From the NCBI GenBank assembly GCA_965153285.1, contig OZ229114.1: a stretch of 64,000 nt of DNA, one strand, 5' to 3'. The position numbers and the translations under genes are program-made. Under the pieces are notes generated by a model that saw only the letters and a program-made list of their open reading frames with translations, did not search any database and was not told the DNA's origin. The stretch is from Podarcis tiliguerta (Eukaryota). Below, piece by piece: positions 37,518-51,048 of the stretch. Position 1 is the stretch's first letter; each line of letters opens with the position of its first letter.

Positions 37518-38639
37518 AAATGATAAGGAATTATTACCAGAGATGGAATCCAAGGGGAAGAACTGTGGAATTAAATAAACTTGAGGATGAGGGAATGGTG
37601 AAAAGAATGATTACATTTTGATAGATTATATTATTTTGGGAATAATAATATTAAAAGGCAGCCTGATATTTGGTAGCGGAGGCAGAAAGTGCAAATGGAA
37701 GCCCTATGGTAATGTAATTAATACTTGACAACTTGGTAGCTTAAAATCCATGGTGTGAGGAAGACCCACGATTTCATGCATAATGGCAAAGACAACCCTA
37801 ATAATAATATTAATCAGATTTGGTATCCCAATCCAAATAGCGTGGCAGCAAAATACAGACTCGATAAGAGTTTTTGCATGTTCAAAAGACTCCCCATATT
37901 TGCACTAGTGTCACAAAAAGCAGACCCCCTGAAGGCAGCATATGCACAAAGCCCACAGAACAGTTGAGTGCATTCAGTCAATTAAAGACCTGTCTTATTT
38001 AGTTCATTTGTTTCCTAGCCACTATTAACAGATCCTCTCCAGTGCTATTATTTATGATTCTAAAATAAAAACTGATAACCCCCTTGATCATAAAATATCC
38101 GAGAGGTGAACAAAAAGTACATTGAGAATAAAGATCCAGAAGATACATACCCAGTACAACTTATGGATTTACACTCTTTTGAGATATTAAAATCTAGCTA
38201 GGATCGGGCAGTTTGTAATAATATTTAGTGTGCGGATTAAGAACATTATTATGCTATTATTATAATGTCCATCCAGCATGGTGTACAAGCTTTTTTCTTC
38301 AATAATAATATAATAATGTATAATGGAAGAAAATCCTTAATTACTGTATATTCAGTACAATGCTAGCTACAAATAAAACTAATAACCATTCATTTCACAA
38401 AGTGAATAGTAAAAAGAATAAAGTTTTGTGTTTAGTGTTTTATTGAAAATAACCATTGGAAAGCTTTATTACTGTGTTTATTAGAGGGTTTTTTTAATGC
38501 ATTGGTTTTAACTGCATACAATTATTTTAATAAATATAAATGAATAAATGAGCTGGAAATGCAGAAAAACAAAGTTGCTGAGGAACCATCTTGCGCTCGG
38601 GGGAGAGACAGAAACAGTCTGGTGAGTTGGGGAAGTATC

Positions 38640-39500
38640 CAATTCTCCATCTGTCCGGACCTCCCGCCCTCTTCCCTGGAGCATCTAAGATTCTCCAAAG
38701 CTCCCGAGTCTGCAAGGGGCTGCGCTCAAGAGTTTCCTGCGGGCTCCGGCCTTTGGGAGCCGGGGATGGCCTTGGGGGGCGCAGGGGTTGCGCGCGGATG
38801 TCCTGGCTTGCTCCCGGGCCGGGGAGGGGGCACGGGCAGCTGGGAGGGGCCAGAGCACCGACCGAGAGAAAGCGGCCGGCAGGCGGGCTGGGGAACGGAA
38901 GGGAGGGCAGGGCGGGGACTGGAAAGGAGGTGAGGCTGTTCTCCTGGGTCCAGCCCCCTCACTCCACGCCGAGAGAAATCCGCTATGGGCACCGGCGCCC
39001 GACGGAGCGCCCTCGCTGTAGCCTTTGCTCTCCTTCTCCCGCGCCCCCCAGTGTCCGCGAGGGGGCAGCGGCAGGTGAGGCTAATCCTTCCCCCGGCGCG
39101 CGTGGTTTGGGCGGCTTTCTGAATCCATCTGCCTCTCTCCGGCCTGAGCGCGACCAAGCGTGGGATCTCTCGGGCGGGCTGAGGGGAGGGAGTCGGAGCG
39201 CGCGCGCGAGCGAGGAAAAGTTGAGACTTTCCTAACTCCCTCCCGGGCGGCGGACAGTGGCGCTTGGCGTGGCGCGGGGAGGGCGAGTCCGTGCTTCCCT
39301 CGCACCCGGTGCTGAGCTCCGTGGCGCCGGCGGCAGCGCCGCTTACTTCCTCCTCCTCCGAGCCTCCTCGTTGGGGCGCCGCAGGTGAGGAGACTTTTCG
39401 GTGAGAAGGACTTTGCGGGAGGAAGTGTGCGAGCTGGGTTGCTCGGAGGGTGGGACGGATGGGACGGCCAATGTGTTTCATCCTTCTGGCAAGCGCCTCT
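38640..39500 (+). promoter_or_regulatory. CpG island, probable promoter and non-coding first exon(s) of the prominin gene
   Basis: Abrupt GC/CpG-rich segment after AT-rich DNA, GC boxes (gggcgg), consensus donors at 38930, 39075, 39385 and 39401; about 1.4 kb upstream of the first coding exon acceptor. Confidence 0.85.
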
Positions 39501-41060
39501 TGGTTCTGGCTGGTGTTTCCTGAGTAGGGGGGCTGCTGTCTGGGATGTTAGTTCTTGGAGTGGTAGAGGCTCGAGTTTGGCGCGAAAGAGGCGCTGTTTC
39601 TGCCCTGGGCTTCGTAAGGACCTGAGAAAGGCTCTGCCCCGAGTCAGGCCAGAGGCTCATCTTGTCTGGCCACCTGTGTCTGCCCCCCGTGATGATCCTG
39701 GGCCCCCTGAAAGCTTCCACATCAACTTTGAATCTGGAAGGGATCCCGAGGGTCATCCAGTCCAACCCCCTGCGATGCAGGAATCTCAGCTAAAGCTTCT
39801 GTCCTGCTTTCCTCCCTCTCCTTCCAAGTAATATTCAGAGGGACAGTATTTCCAGCCTTTAGCTAGAATAGTTATCTAGCTTCTAGGTTCATGTGCAGTC
39901 CTCTAAGAGTGCATGATTATTTTTCTCCAATGAACTCTGTAGTTCAGGAAGGCAGGAAATAAGCACATAAAGTTGTCCCCTCCCTGCTGAATTCTACGCT
40001 GGAAAATGCGTCACCTGTTGGATTTTGGTTTGTCAGGCAGCGATTAAATACATAGAGATCCGGTGGTGATGGTGATGATAACAAATAACTTGCCACATCC
40101 CATCTCAGAAGAGGTTTGCTAACGAAACAATTCATTTGGGTGATGCAGCTCTGCAGCCCAGTGTTGTTCAAACCATTTTGAGGCGGATCGTAAGGGTAAG
40201 GTGCAAAAATGGCTTTGTTTAATTCTAAAGCAGCCTTCCCCAGCCTCGTGCCCTTCAGATGTTTTGGGCTGCAATTCCTATCGGTTCCAGCCAGCACAGA
40301 GGCTAATGGCACTTGTAGTCCAAAGCGTATGAAGGGCCCCAAACTGGGACAAGCTGTTAGAAAATAATGAACTCATCGACATGACTGCAATACTGGGCCC
40401 TGCTGCATCATGGTTTGAACTCCTGAAGTCTTCCTTTCCTTGCAGTCGTTTGCATTTTCTTGCTGTGCTCTTGCCCATATACTGTTGGCTATGACTGAGG
40501 TTGGCAGAGGGGAAGGTGGCAGTATTCAGATGACAGGTAGGGCATATGCCTCCTAACCTTTTGTGCCATAAGCTACTGTTTGAAGGTTATGGGGTGGCAT
40601 GATTTGGCTAAAATGGGGTGAGGAGGGAGTTAAGGGCATGAGCTTGTGGATTGCATTAAGGGCCTCCTATTTTCACCTCTGTGTCCTCTGTCCTAACTCC
40701 AGAACATCCCTGTTGACTACATTATCCACCCACATCCCAGCTTGGACAAGGAAGTTGGTGCTATTTCATGTCCAACCCCCCCCCCCTCCTGCAGTCTTTT
40801 CCTGGTTGACTTCTGAGCTGCACCAACTCACTAACCCCTTTGCTTTATTGCAGGCAGGCAGCTGAGCTCCCTGGTCTGGTGGGGCAAAATTCTCAAATCC
40901 TTTCCATCCAAGGGTGAAAAGAAACCATTGCAGAGGCCAGCTGTCCTTCTAGGGCACTGCACCGGCAGGGATTCCTGTGAAGGAAATGATCTGAAGCTCC
41001 TCAGGATCTTTCTGAGCTTGCCCAGGAACTTTGAAAGGGCCCTGCATTTCTACTACCAAG

Positions 41061-41190
41061 ATGGCTCTGCAAAACTTCACACAGCCTCAATATCACCCAC
41101 AGCCCACTGGCCCAAGTGGTGGCCTGCTGGGCTTGTACAGTATGGTGCACTCCTTCCTAGGGATGGTACAACCCAACACCTTCCCAGCAG
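41061..41190 (+). CDS. Prominin first coding exon (MALQNFTQPQYHPQPTGPSGGLLGLYSMVHSFLGMVQPNTFPA)
   Basis: aagATGG Kozak context, gtaagt donor; the exon probably begins at the acceptor ending 40853 (branch point CACTAAC at 40829-40835). Confidence 0.85.
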
Positions 41191-43013
41191 GTAAGTGGTA
41201 TAGCAAGACAGGTTTTGCCAGACCAGGTCTTCCCTATTACCAAGGGCTACTGTGGTACAGAATAAAATTGGGTTATGAGTCTGTGAAGGGAAAACATATC
41301 TTCTCCAAAGACTGTGATCAACAGCTTATTTTCTCTATTATGCACAGAGGTCCCACTTTCCAAACACCCACTAGGTGAATATTCACTTATTGAACATGAG
41401 GAATTAACACCTGAACCTCGCCATACACATCACAGATTCAGATATCAGAACCAAGAGCATTTTTTACTTCTTTGTTTGCTTGTTGGAGAGAGGGGAAACT
41501 GATGCGACAAATCAGAGTGCATTTTGCAGAGGGATTTCCTGGTTTAATTTTTGCGATGGGGGGGGAGTCAAAATTCAATGATCAGGAATGCGTTATAAAT
41601 TTCCCCATAGGAATAAATGGAGATCAATGACTTGATATTCAAATATTCGCCAAACAAACGATTTCAGGGAACACATTGTGTTTAGATAGTAGGACCTGCA
41701 CGTACTGAGGAGTTGCCTTTGGTATAGATGTTGCAGTTGACAACTTTCCCAGGATGAGACAAGAATTGATAACTGATAAGAGGTGTGGATGGCACACAAC
41801 TTTTGAGTTTCCAGTACCTTGCTATGGCACAATGCAGGGATATACTGTCTACCTAGTGCTGGAGACAAAGGGCTGTACCCTGTAAAGCTGGCCTGTTAGT
41901 GCGAGGAGTCCCACCTGTACAGCAGGACTGCCTCTCCCCATGTACACCCACACCCACAATCTGTTCTTTAGGATTGGGGAAAACCCCGGAACAGATTTGT
42001 GGGTGTGTAGATGAGAGGGAGAGGAATTCCCATTACTCTTGTGGAAGTTCTTGTACTAAGGGGATGACTTTGGATACAACCAGAAAACTGAATTTTACTA
42101 CGCTAGGATGAGATATTGTGTCTTTTGCTTTTGGAGTCCATACTTGTGACAGTATGACTAAAAAGTGGGTGGAGGAGATGATGGGGCATACCGTAATTTA
42201 CACATCAGTGAGTCTGGCAGATGGAAGCCACATACCATTAGCTGCTGGGTGCGTTTATTGTGCAATATTCCTTCCTGAAATGTTGAAAAAATATGAGCCA
42301 ACCTTTGGAGAGTCTTTATATCTACTGAGAGAACAGCATGCAGTGCAATTCTGTGCATGTCTGTGCAGAAGTAAGCTCCAGTGAGCTTAATGGGAAATAC
42401 TCTTGTGTAAGTGGGCACAGGAATGTGGCTTTTATTTCTCCCCTTGCTCCATTTGCCTGCTTGCTTGTTTCAGGCTCCTGTGCCAATCGCCAGAACAGGT
42501 TTTTTTTAAGTGTAAAAAAAAAACTTCTTAAAAAGAAAAATAAATTGCTGAACAAATGTTTGACGATTTATTCATGCAGGCACTTGAGAAAACAACACAA
42601 AAAGAAAACTGTGTCTGAAGCACAGGAGACAATAGGCACCTGGTTTATAGCTACTGTGTGTGTCCTTTGAGGAGGGAAGGCAGAGGGAAGCAGCAGGCAC
42701 CCTGTAGCAAAACAAAAGTCCACACCCACTCCTGTTTCTGTATACGCCTTTGTGCAGTTTAAGAGGAGCCACATAACTAACTTTCAGCCTGCCCATATGC
42801 ATTTTGCATGATAAACTTCCAAGCTGTGTCATGCTTTCTAATAAATGGTGCCAGACTTTCATGTAAAACTCCAGCGGAAGGTCTAGAGCAAGAAAGAGAG
42901 AGGGATTATCCAGAGACAGCTCTGAACATGTTGGTTCTGGCGACAGAAAATACAAATGGCCCCTCACTACCAATGATTTGTTTAATTGCATCTCTGCCCA
43001 TTTCACATATAAT

Positions 43014-43103
43014 CATAGCTGTCAACATTTCCCTTTTCTTGCGAGGAATCCTATTCAGAAGAAGGGAATTTCCCTTAAAAAAAGGGAAACGTTGACAGCT
43101 ATG
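43014..43103. mobile_element. 90-bp hAT-type MITE
   Basis: 24-bp TIR catagctgtcaac(a/g)tttccctttt (23/24), perfect 8-bp TSD catataat. Confidence 0.9.
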
Positions 43104-44519
43104 CATATAATTGCAGTTTACAGGCAGCCTTCAAATGCAGCCCCACATACAGTCCAATGCAGTAGTCAAACCTGGAAGTTTCCAGAGCATGGATAACTAC
43201 AACTAAAGGCTCTTTGAGGTCAGAGCACAGGTCACCTGACACCACCAGCATTGGCTTGTCATTTAAAAATGTCCCTCATTCTCTGTGTTATATATGAATA
43301 GGAGGGAGACATGATGAAAGAAGCGTGGCAGCCTCTGCCTCATCTAGTTTGGCCTTGAGGTGGGCTGTGCTATCTGGGATAATCACGAAGAAGGCCCTGA
43401 GATTATGATTTCTTATCTTCTTGTGATGCAACTTAAAACGTTGTTGGGTCCTCTTTTTGTAGCAGTGTGTTGCATGCTGACTCATCTTCTGTTTGTGGTC
43501 AGCAACCTTAACTTCATGACCTTCCCAACAGTTACTGACTCCTGCTCCTTTAAAGACCAGACACAGACAGACTCCTAAGATCAATGATATAGCTAGTCAC
43601 AATTTAATGGGTTGTGTGTTTTTTTTGAGTAATAGCTAGTGAGAATTGGTGCCCCTTTTGACGTTCAAACCATCAAATTGGTTAGGTATGAATAAGATCC
43701 CTGCCCTTATGGGAAAAATTGACTCACAAATTAAGACTGGCAAGAGGAACAAAGCACAAAGATACCTTTGCAGGGAAATGCTGGAGCCTTACTTAATCCA
43801 CAAATTCTCCAGAAAAGCAAAGACCAGTTCCAACTCATGGATCACTTAATAAGAATTTTTTTTAAAAGGCAGATGTATACTGTTTTAAGTTTGGGTGTAT
43901 GTACAGGAATACAGGTTTTCATAATGTACTTTTGGGGCACGTGAAATGTAAAGGGGGGGGGGAATGAACAAGGTCCAGCCTAAGAACAGCCATGCTGGAT
44001 TAGTTTGAAGGTCTAGCTGGGTCTGCTTCCAAGACTGGCCATCTTGGATGCTTCAGGTAAGGGATGAAGCCAAAAGCTTCCTCTTTGTTGTTGGTCCCCA
44101 TATATGGTTTTCAGAGGTTTATTGCCAGAGAGGGGGGGACCATTGTCAGTCCTGGGGCCACATTCCCTTCCGGGCAACCTTCCAAGGGTTGCATGCCAGT
44201 AATGGGTGTGGAAAAAGGCACACGTGGGTAGAGCAATTAATGCAAATATTACTTTTCCTAGATAAGGCTATTTTCCTAACACGCACTCACACTCTCTTTC
44301 ATCCATCCAGGCAGGCGAGAGGTGTTACCAGAGTTCAGGGGCTCATTCCAGCCAGGCAAAAGCATTCGGTCTGCAGAGGAGAGCCAACAAGTGGTGTGGC
44401 CTGGGGAGAATTCTGACTGTGAGATAGAGAGGCTTGGAGGACAACATTTTGCCCCTGGGCCTGAGGTTCCCTACTCTGTGCCTCGTGCCTCTGACAAGCG
44501 AGGTTCCATTTAGCCATTG

Positions 44520-45240
44520 TAGCTAATAGTGATTAAAAGATGCAATGCTTTTGAAAGCTGTATAAGGGCCGAATGACGTGTGTAGAGAAACATTTCATTT
44601 TCAGAACTATTCCTAACAGCTTCTAACATGGCATTTGCTGCCATTGTTGGTGCTCCCTGCTGGGTTTATATTTGCAATGAATTATCTGCCACAGTCCCTA
44701 AATTTGGCTAATTATGGCCAATTCAGGAACCCACCAGTCTATCTGTGAAATGTTGGGTTTTATTGTCCAGATCACATATGCTACACAGCATAAGAACCAA
44801 ATATCTGTCATTTTGCTGTCCGTTCACAGCTTTGTGGGATCCTTTTGGAGTACCTAACAGTCTCCGTAGGATTTTACTGTGCTGAATATTTTGGCAGTCA
44901 TTTGCAAATCTCATACCTGCCTCCAGATAATTTGTGAACAAGTTAAATATTGCTTCTCACAATAGAAAGTCCTTCAGGGTGGCCTTCATGGCTTATTTCC
45001 CTCATTTGTTTATTCTCTCTGCTTTTGATTGTTTGATCACTTGCCATTTCATAAGCAGGCCTGTTCTCTTATCCCATGACTGCTAAGTTTACTCAAGAGC
45101 TTTTGGTGGGAGACTCTCTCAGATGTTTGCTGGCAGTCCAATTTTGTCAACTGGATCAGTCTAATTGATCTCCATGTTTTTGTTGGCAGTCTCACATAAT
45201 TATACAAAGACTGGTTAGGCAGTACTTCACTGTGCAGCAC
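44520..45240 (-). mobile_element. Decayed CR1 reverse-transcriptase fragment
   Basis: Minus-strand LD.Q...ERVSHQKLLSKLSSHGI and KFAND-like RT remnants. Confidence 0.65.
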
Positions 45241-48200
45241 GTTTGCAACCTGAAGAGCTGGGCCTGAGTCACCCCATTAGCATGGACTTTGCCAAACCCA
45301 GCCAAAAATAGACACCCCGGCATATTTTTCTGTCCTTCCATCATAAACCCCTGATGCCCTCAGTAGTGATTTTTTAAAATATACCTTTCATCAAGATTAG
45401 ATGTGGCCCCTGGTGGCTGGATAAACTAGGCAGAGAATGGATTCCACAGGAAAATTGTACCCTTAAGTCCTCTGTAAGAAGTGTGGGGCAGAGGGAGTGA
45501 GGAATTGAGCTATTTTATCCCAAGCCTTGGGAGGGCAATGGGATTTAACAGGTCATCAAGGGAAGCCAAAGCAGATAGGAATATCTGTTTGATGTCAGCA
45601 CTCCACCCACTTTGGCAGGAATGGCACTCTTCATAGAATGCATGGGTACCAATATAACTGGTTGCAGCAAGGGAGCTGTTCCAGCTTCAGTCAATCATTA
45701 ACTTCTCTTTAAAAAAAATTCCTAAGTGATCTGATTCCCAGATGCAGAAGAGAGAAGCGTGTTTGGGGGGCAGGGAGGAGGAAGGGAAAGAATGGAGGCA
45801 AGAGAGATGGCAAATGGGACCACGAAGGAGGAACTGGAAGGGGAAAGTAGATGTCTTGGGAGGGAGGAACAAGAAGTGCTGTCACCAAGGACTCCATGGC
45901 CCATTATACATCACACTAAACCAAACAGTGGCTTGGCACAGATGAGCAAACATTCGGGTTACTGGAAAGAAAATCGCAGCTGCTTTGCTCTTCCTGCCTT
46001 GCTGCTGCAAGCTATGGTTTGGCTTAGGGTTACATCTGAACCTCACAGTTTGTCTCAATCAAGAAAAGCCATGAGCTGTAGCCAAGGCTTGTTCTGTGGC
46101 TTACCACTCGTGGCTTGTCTGGGAGGAATAAACCAGGAGCCCGGCTCACAGGTGTGAACTGTGCCACAGAGTCCTGGATGACAGCACCTCTTGTTGCAAT
46201 CTTCTCTTCCGAAATCCACATGGGTCCACAGTAAGCATTATAAAGTTTTCAAAGGCTTGGTTCAGAGCCACGTCCTCAAGTTGTGTGGGGCCATTGTCCA
46301 CTCAGGGCGTTCAAATATCATGAGTCAGGGTTTACACATTTTGACCTTTTATGTTCTTTTATGATGTGGTTTCTTTATTTTTGTGGTTGCATTTCCCAGC
46401 TTCTCTGGCATGAGGGCTAAAAATCGCTGCCTTTGTTGCAATACTGCTAAGAATACTGAGCCATTTATTGATGTTCTGATGATTTAATCACAGCCATATT
46501 TTCAAAGATGGCTACAGCCTGTACTTTCTTGGGAGTCAGAGGAACTGGGGTTCAAGCCTAGCAGAGAGCCATACTGAAAGCCATGCCCATCCCCCCCAGT
46601 TTCTCAAGAAGAGCTGCGTGCTGAATTTTCTTAGTAGCAGTTTATTTATTTATTTTTACATTTATTTATTAATTTATCAAATGACCACAGGGTGATTTAC
46701 AGTATAGAACATAATAAGCAATATATGTCAATACGTTACTAAATATCCATGCAATTTAAAAAAAAGTTTATATACATACCAATTATTGCGTATTATGAAT
46801 TGTAGTGGAGAATATATAATAGTACATAATACTTTATGAGCAAGACATACTAAGCAGTAATGTCAAATTATACACAATGTCTTCCCAGCAGTGAACATCA
46901 CAACTTAACGGAGTTATTGCCTACTTATCTCAGGTGCAACTATAGAACATAGCGCATATCTAAGAACAATAGCCTCTTGATAAATATGGGAGAGGAAAAC
47001 CTGCTGGATATCTAAAGTGCAGAAATAGTGTACAAACGCACATACTTTTCTGTATACAGAACTAGCTCTTAATCCCGCCTTCCCTTTCTTCTCGTTTTTC
47101 ACCCTGGGATATCTTCACCTCCCTGCCTCTCTCTCAGGGGCCTTTCATCATCTATCTGATACTTTCATGGGGGTGCGTACTTTGCTCCCCTAATGTTTCC
47201 CCTAAGGGAAGAAACCAAAAGGGTTCCTATCCCTTAAGGTCATCCTTATGGACACTGGTCCATCACTGGTAGCCTGCAGACTGCCTGGTTAGTAGAGTCC
47301 AGTTTGCTTGCCTCTTTGCAGCGACAGCTAATGGACACTGCCTCATGCACTCAAATGCTGAACGATTAGTATAAAATGTTAAACAGTCTTGGAAAGTATC
47401 CTCCGCTATAAGAGGCAGAGAGTAAGGTCTTTGAAGCTCACCGTGCTTTCCTCCCTGGAGGCACCCCTATGCTTTGTTGTTATTTTACACACTCCAAAAC
47501 GGAGCCCTGGGCATTGTGTGTGTGTGTGTCCTGTGCATGCAGGCCTTGGCTCCGATTTAACTTCCTGTGGTCTGGTTGTTTGCACACATTTACAAGGCCA
47601 TTCTATCCAACGAAAAGCTTCATAACCCTCTCTGGTGTGAGTTCTGCACACACTGGTTTGTATTGGACATGTGGCAGAGACTCTTTCTCCATCCCCTCTC
47701 CTGTCTCCATACCACTCCATACTGTCATCAGATATTCCAGTTTCCAGTCAGTCAGCTTGTCCTCAGCCAGACCTGAGCCTTGCTATATTGCTATATCTTG
47801 CTATATTGAGATATTGAGATAAATATTCAGCATAAAATGGACTGATGTTTCTGTGCTTTCCAGTGCTTTTTAACATCTTGCTCTTCTTGAAAACTCCTCA
47901 CAACTTTAGAATGAAAGCACCAGAACTAGTCGCTGTGCTTCAGTTGCACAGGAAAAGTGCTGCTGTTAATCTCCACACACACCCACACCCCCGCCGCCCA
48001 CAACTTTTGTTAATGCAGGAACTTCCCGTTCAGTAATGCTACCCTGCAGACTAATAGTTAGATCATATCCTTGTGTCATAGCCCCATAGTCTTTTGCCTC
48101 CAGCCTTCGAGGCTCAACACTGCTTATTTGTGTTTATGTAATTCTGTGAATCACATCTCAATTTACTGTCAGTGCATTTTTCTTTTTCCTGGGTTTTAAA

Positions 48201-49302
48201 TCTGATTGTGTATAATGATGAGTCTTACCTGCTAGGTGGTGATCACCCAACTTCCCTTCTTGCATAACAAAGGGTGGCATTCGACAAAGTTTTACTCAGG
48301 GTAGACCTGTTGAAATGAATGAACCTAACTTAGTCATATTTGTTCATTTCAGTAGGTAAAATTCAGTTGAATACCACCCAACGTCACTACAGCTGGTTTA
48401 GACCACAGCACCGCCCACGTCCCTTCAAGCCTGCTAGTTTTACCTAAAACCTGGAGAAACTGATATTCTCAGTCCCATATGTTTACGGGCTAAAACCAGC
48501 TGCTCAGTAGTGGGAGAAGAATAATTGGTGGGCTGTTGGCCTGGTTTAGCGAGGCTCATCTTAGGCGCTTATGTTTTTACCTGCTAGATCAGAGTGGGCA
48601 GAAGGCAGATTTAGCTTTACTGGTAGATCTTTGAGTGATTTGCAGTAGATCAGCAAGGGTTTCCGACTGCCAATTGTTTTGTGGCAGCAAAAAGATCCCT
48701 TTTCTCCAAATTATATTGTTGAAAGAAACAAGCTTGGGGTAGCTTGGTGTGAATTTTTGTGCGGAAGGAACATAGGCCCAGAATTATTTAATGCTAAGCA
48801 CATGTATTTTGCATTAGGCTCTGGGTGATGGATCTCAGGGTTCCACTTAAAACCAAGTAAACCTCACAAGCCTGAAGGTCTGGTTTTCTACAGCATTTTC
48901 CTCTTCAGAGCTGTTGAAGCTCAGAGGCCATGTTTGCTAAGCATACAGTATGGCACCCCTTAGTGGTAAAGTGGGGTATTGCTTAACTTGGGCTGCAAAG
49001 GGGGGGGGGAGTTTCTTTTCTATCAGCATAATGTTTATTGAGCACTATAGCACGTGGCACAAAATAAAAAGAGAGAAAGAAATTTCATATGTGATGTGCC
49101 ATTCAAATGGGTTATAGCAGGAGAGCTTTGGAGAAGGACAGCTGGAGAAAATAGGGTCTCATCCTGGTAACGTAGGCTACGGGTAGGAATTTCCAAAGAG
49201 ATCTCAGTGTTGAGTGATGCACAAATGTCCAGTAAGGTAGGTGATGGTATATTCCCTCTTTCCCCTCCCTGCCACTGCTGACCCCTCTGTTCTTCTCCTC
49301 AG

Positions 49303-49364
49303 ATCTTCTGACTCGCCTGATCCAGCGCCAGGTTAATTTCACAGACCCAGCAGTGTATAAAGAG
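49303..49364 (+). CDS. Prominin coding exon 2 (DLLTRLIQRQVNFTDPAVYKE)
   Basis: Long pyrimidine tract plus ag, gtgatt donor; phase 1 in and 0 out fits both neighbours. Confidence 0.85.
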
Positions 49365-50278
49365 GTGATTTATTTATTTTTTGTATTGGCTCATGGAACT
49401 CAGAGGCTAGTGGGTGGCAGTTGGTGAACCTGGGCAGGGTTGAAAAGGAAATGTTGGTGTGGTAGGCTCAGCAAACACCAAAAGGTTGACACTTCACCCA
49501 GAAGTCAAATGTGGTCAGTGTCTAAACAAACAAACAAACAAATAAATAGTACAAATGAAAACATTCTCAGTTGCTCTCTCCAAGCTTCATAAACCCAGTA
49601 AAGATTCTGATAGGGACTCAGGGATGCATGATGGCCCCTATTTCAGGACAGCTAGGGCGTTGGAAGGAGAGTGCTAGGGAAGAAGAAAACCCTGGTTTCG
49701 AGGATCAGACTAGGCCAAGCTTGCCTAGACAGTGCCATGCCTTCCCAGTACACTTCTGGTGCTAGCATGCACTGTTTACATTATCCTGGAAGGCTAAGGA
49801 GGGAAGGCCTTCTGAGGTCTGAGCATCCACAGCCACATGGTTCATAGGGATTACTGGACCTGTGATTATGTGTGACTCTGGGTGGGAACTTTTGAAGCCC
49901 GTGTGCAAGAACGCAATGCCCTGTGCAAGCACACATATACCCTGATGACTAACAAGGGCAGCCTGATCCTTGCCAGGAATGCAGGAGCAGGGGTAGAAGC
50001 CTGTAAGTCCTGGTATATGCTGCTAGGTCACTACCTCTAGATGAACAAAGTGGACTCCACAATAACAAACTTCATGTCCAGTACATGGCCAAGAAAACAT
50101 TCTAATAAATCCAGATCGTTTTTGAAGAAGAACCATCAGTGGACTCTTGGGGACCACCCTGTGCTGAGCCCTTCACCCTTTTATTTTGGGGCAGGCAGGT
50201 GTCAGCGTCTTTGAATGATCATACTAGCTGACTACTGTGTCTGCTTGTTTTCTTCTCTCCTCCCCTCCCCATCTCTAG

Positions 50279-50484
50279 ATGTTTGTATACCAAGCAGGCT
50301 TCCTCGTTTGCCTTGTCATTGGTCTTCTTTTCATCATCCTTGTGCCCCTGGTGGGTTTGTTCTTCTGCTGCTGCCGCTGCTGTGGGCACTGCGGCGGCTC
50401 CATGTACCAGAAGCAGACGAAAAACACCAATTGCAAGAGGCGGACGTTATTTGCATTCCTGCTAGCTGTCTCTACCATTCTCGT
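50279..50484 (+). CDS. Prominin exon: TM1, Cys-rich loop, start of TM2
   Basis: MFVYQAGFLVCLVIGLLFIILVPLVGLFFCCCRCCGHCGG...; 206 nt. Confidence 0.96.
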
Positions 50485-50690
50485 GTGAGTTGAGTACTAT
50501 ACTGAGCATCAACGAACAGTGCGGGAGTGGGTTATTGCTGTGACCAGTTCAGCAAGGAGTTTATTCCAGTCTGTCTACGTTGCCTGTTCAGCAGTAGTGG
50601 ACAGCATGGTGAGGCTGTGCTGCTCCACCTGACTTCCCTCTGGCTGAGTCAGTACAGCATACTGCAACAGAGTGGCTGAGGGATGAGGTT

Positions 50691-51048
50691 AAAGGTAAAG
50701 GTAAAGGGACCCCTGACCATTAGGTCCAGTCGCGGAAGACTCTGGGGTTGCGGCGCTCATCTCACTTTACTGGATGAGGAAGCTGGCATACAGCTTCCGG
50801 GTCATGTGGCCAGCATGACTAAGCCGCTTCTGGTGAACCAGAGCAGCGCACAGAAACACTGTTTACCTTCCTGCTGGAGCGGTACCTATTTATCTACTTG
50901 CACTTTGACATGCTTTCCAACTGCTAGGTTGGCAGGAGCTGGGACCGAGCAATGGGAGCTCACCCCGTTGTGGGGATTTGAACTGCCGACCTTCTGATCA
51001 GCAAGTCCTAGGCTCTGTGGTTTAACCCACAGCGCCACCCGCGCCCCT
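50691..51048 (-). mobile_element. Sauria SINE (Squam1) in prominin intron
   Basis: 14-bp TSD tgagggatgaggtt (50677-50690 and 51049-51062). Confidence 0.93.

Noticed and set aside
25320-38600. Possible additional gene between LDB1 and the prominin promoter
   Set aside because: No chain of in-frame exons found; the ORFs are short and mostly overlap TE remnants
38559-39831. Long ORFs of 124-251 aa on both strands
   Set aside because: Low-complexity G/R/P/A translations expected from a GC-rich CpG island; no domain or signal peptide
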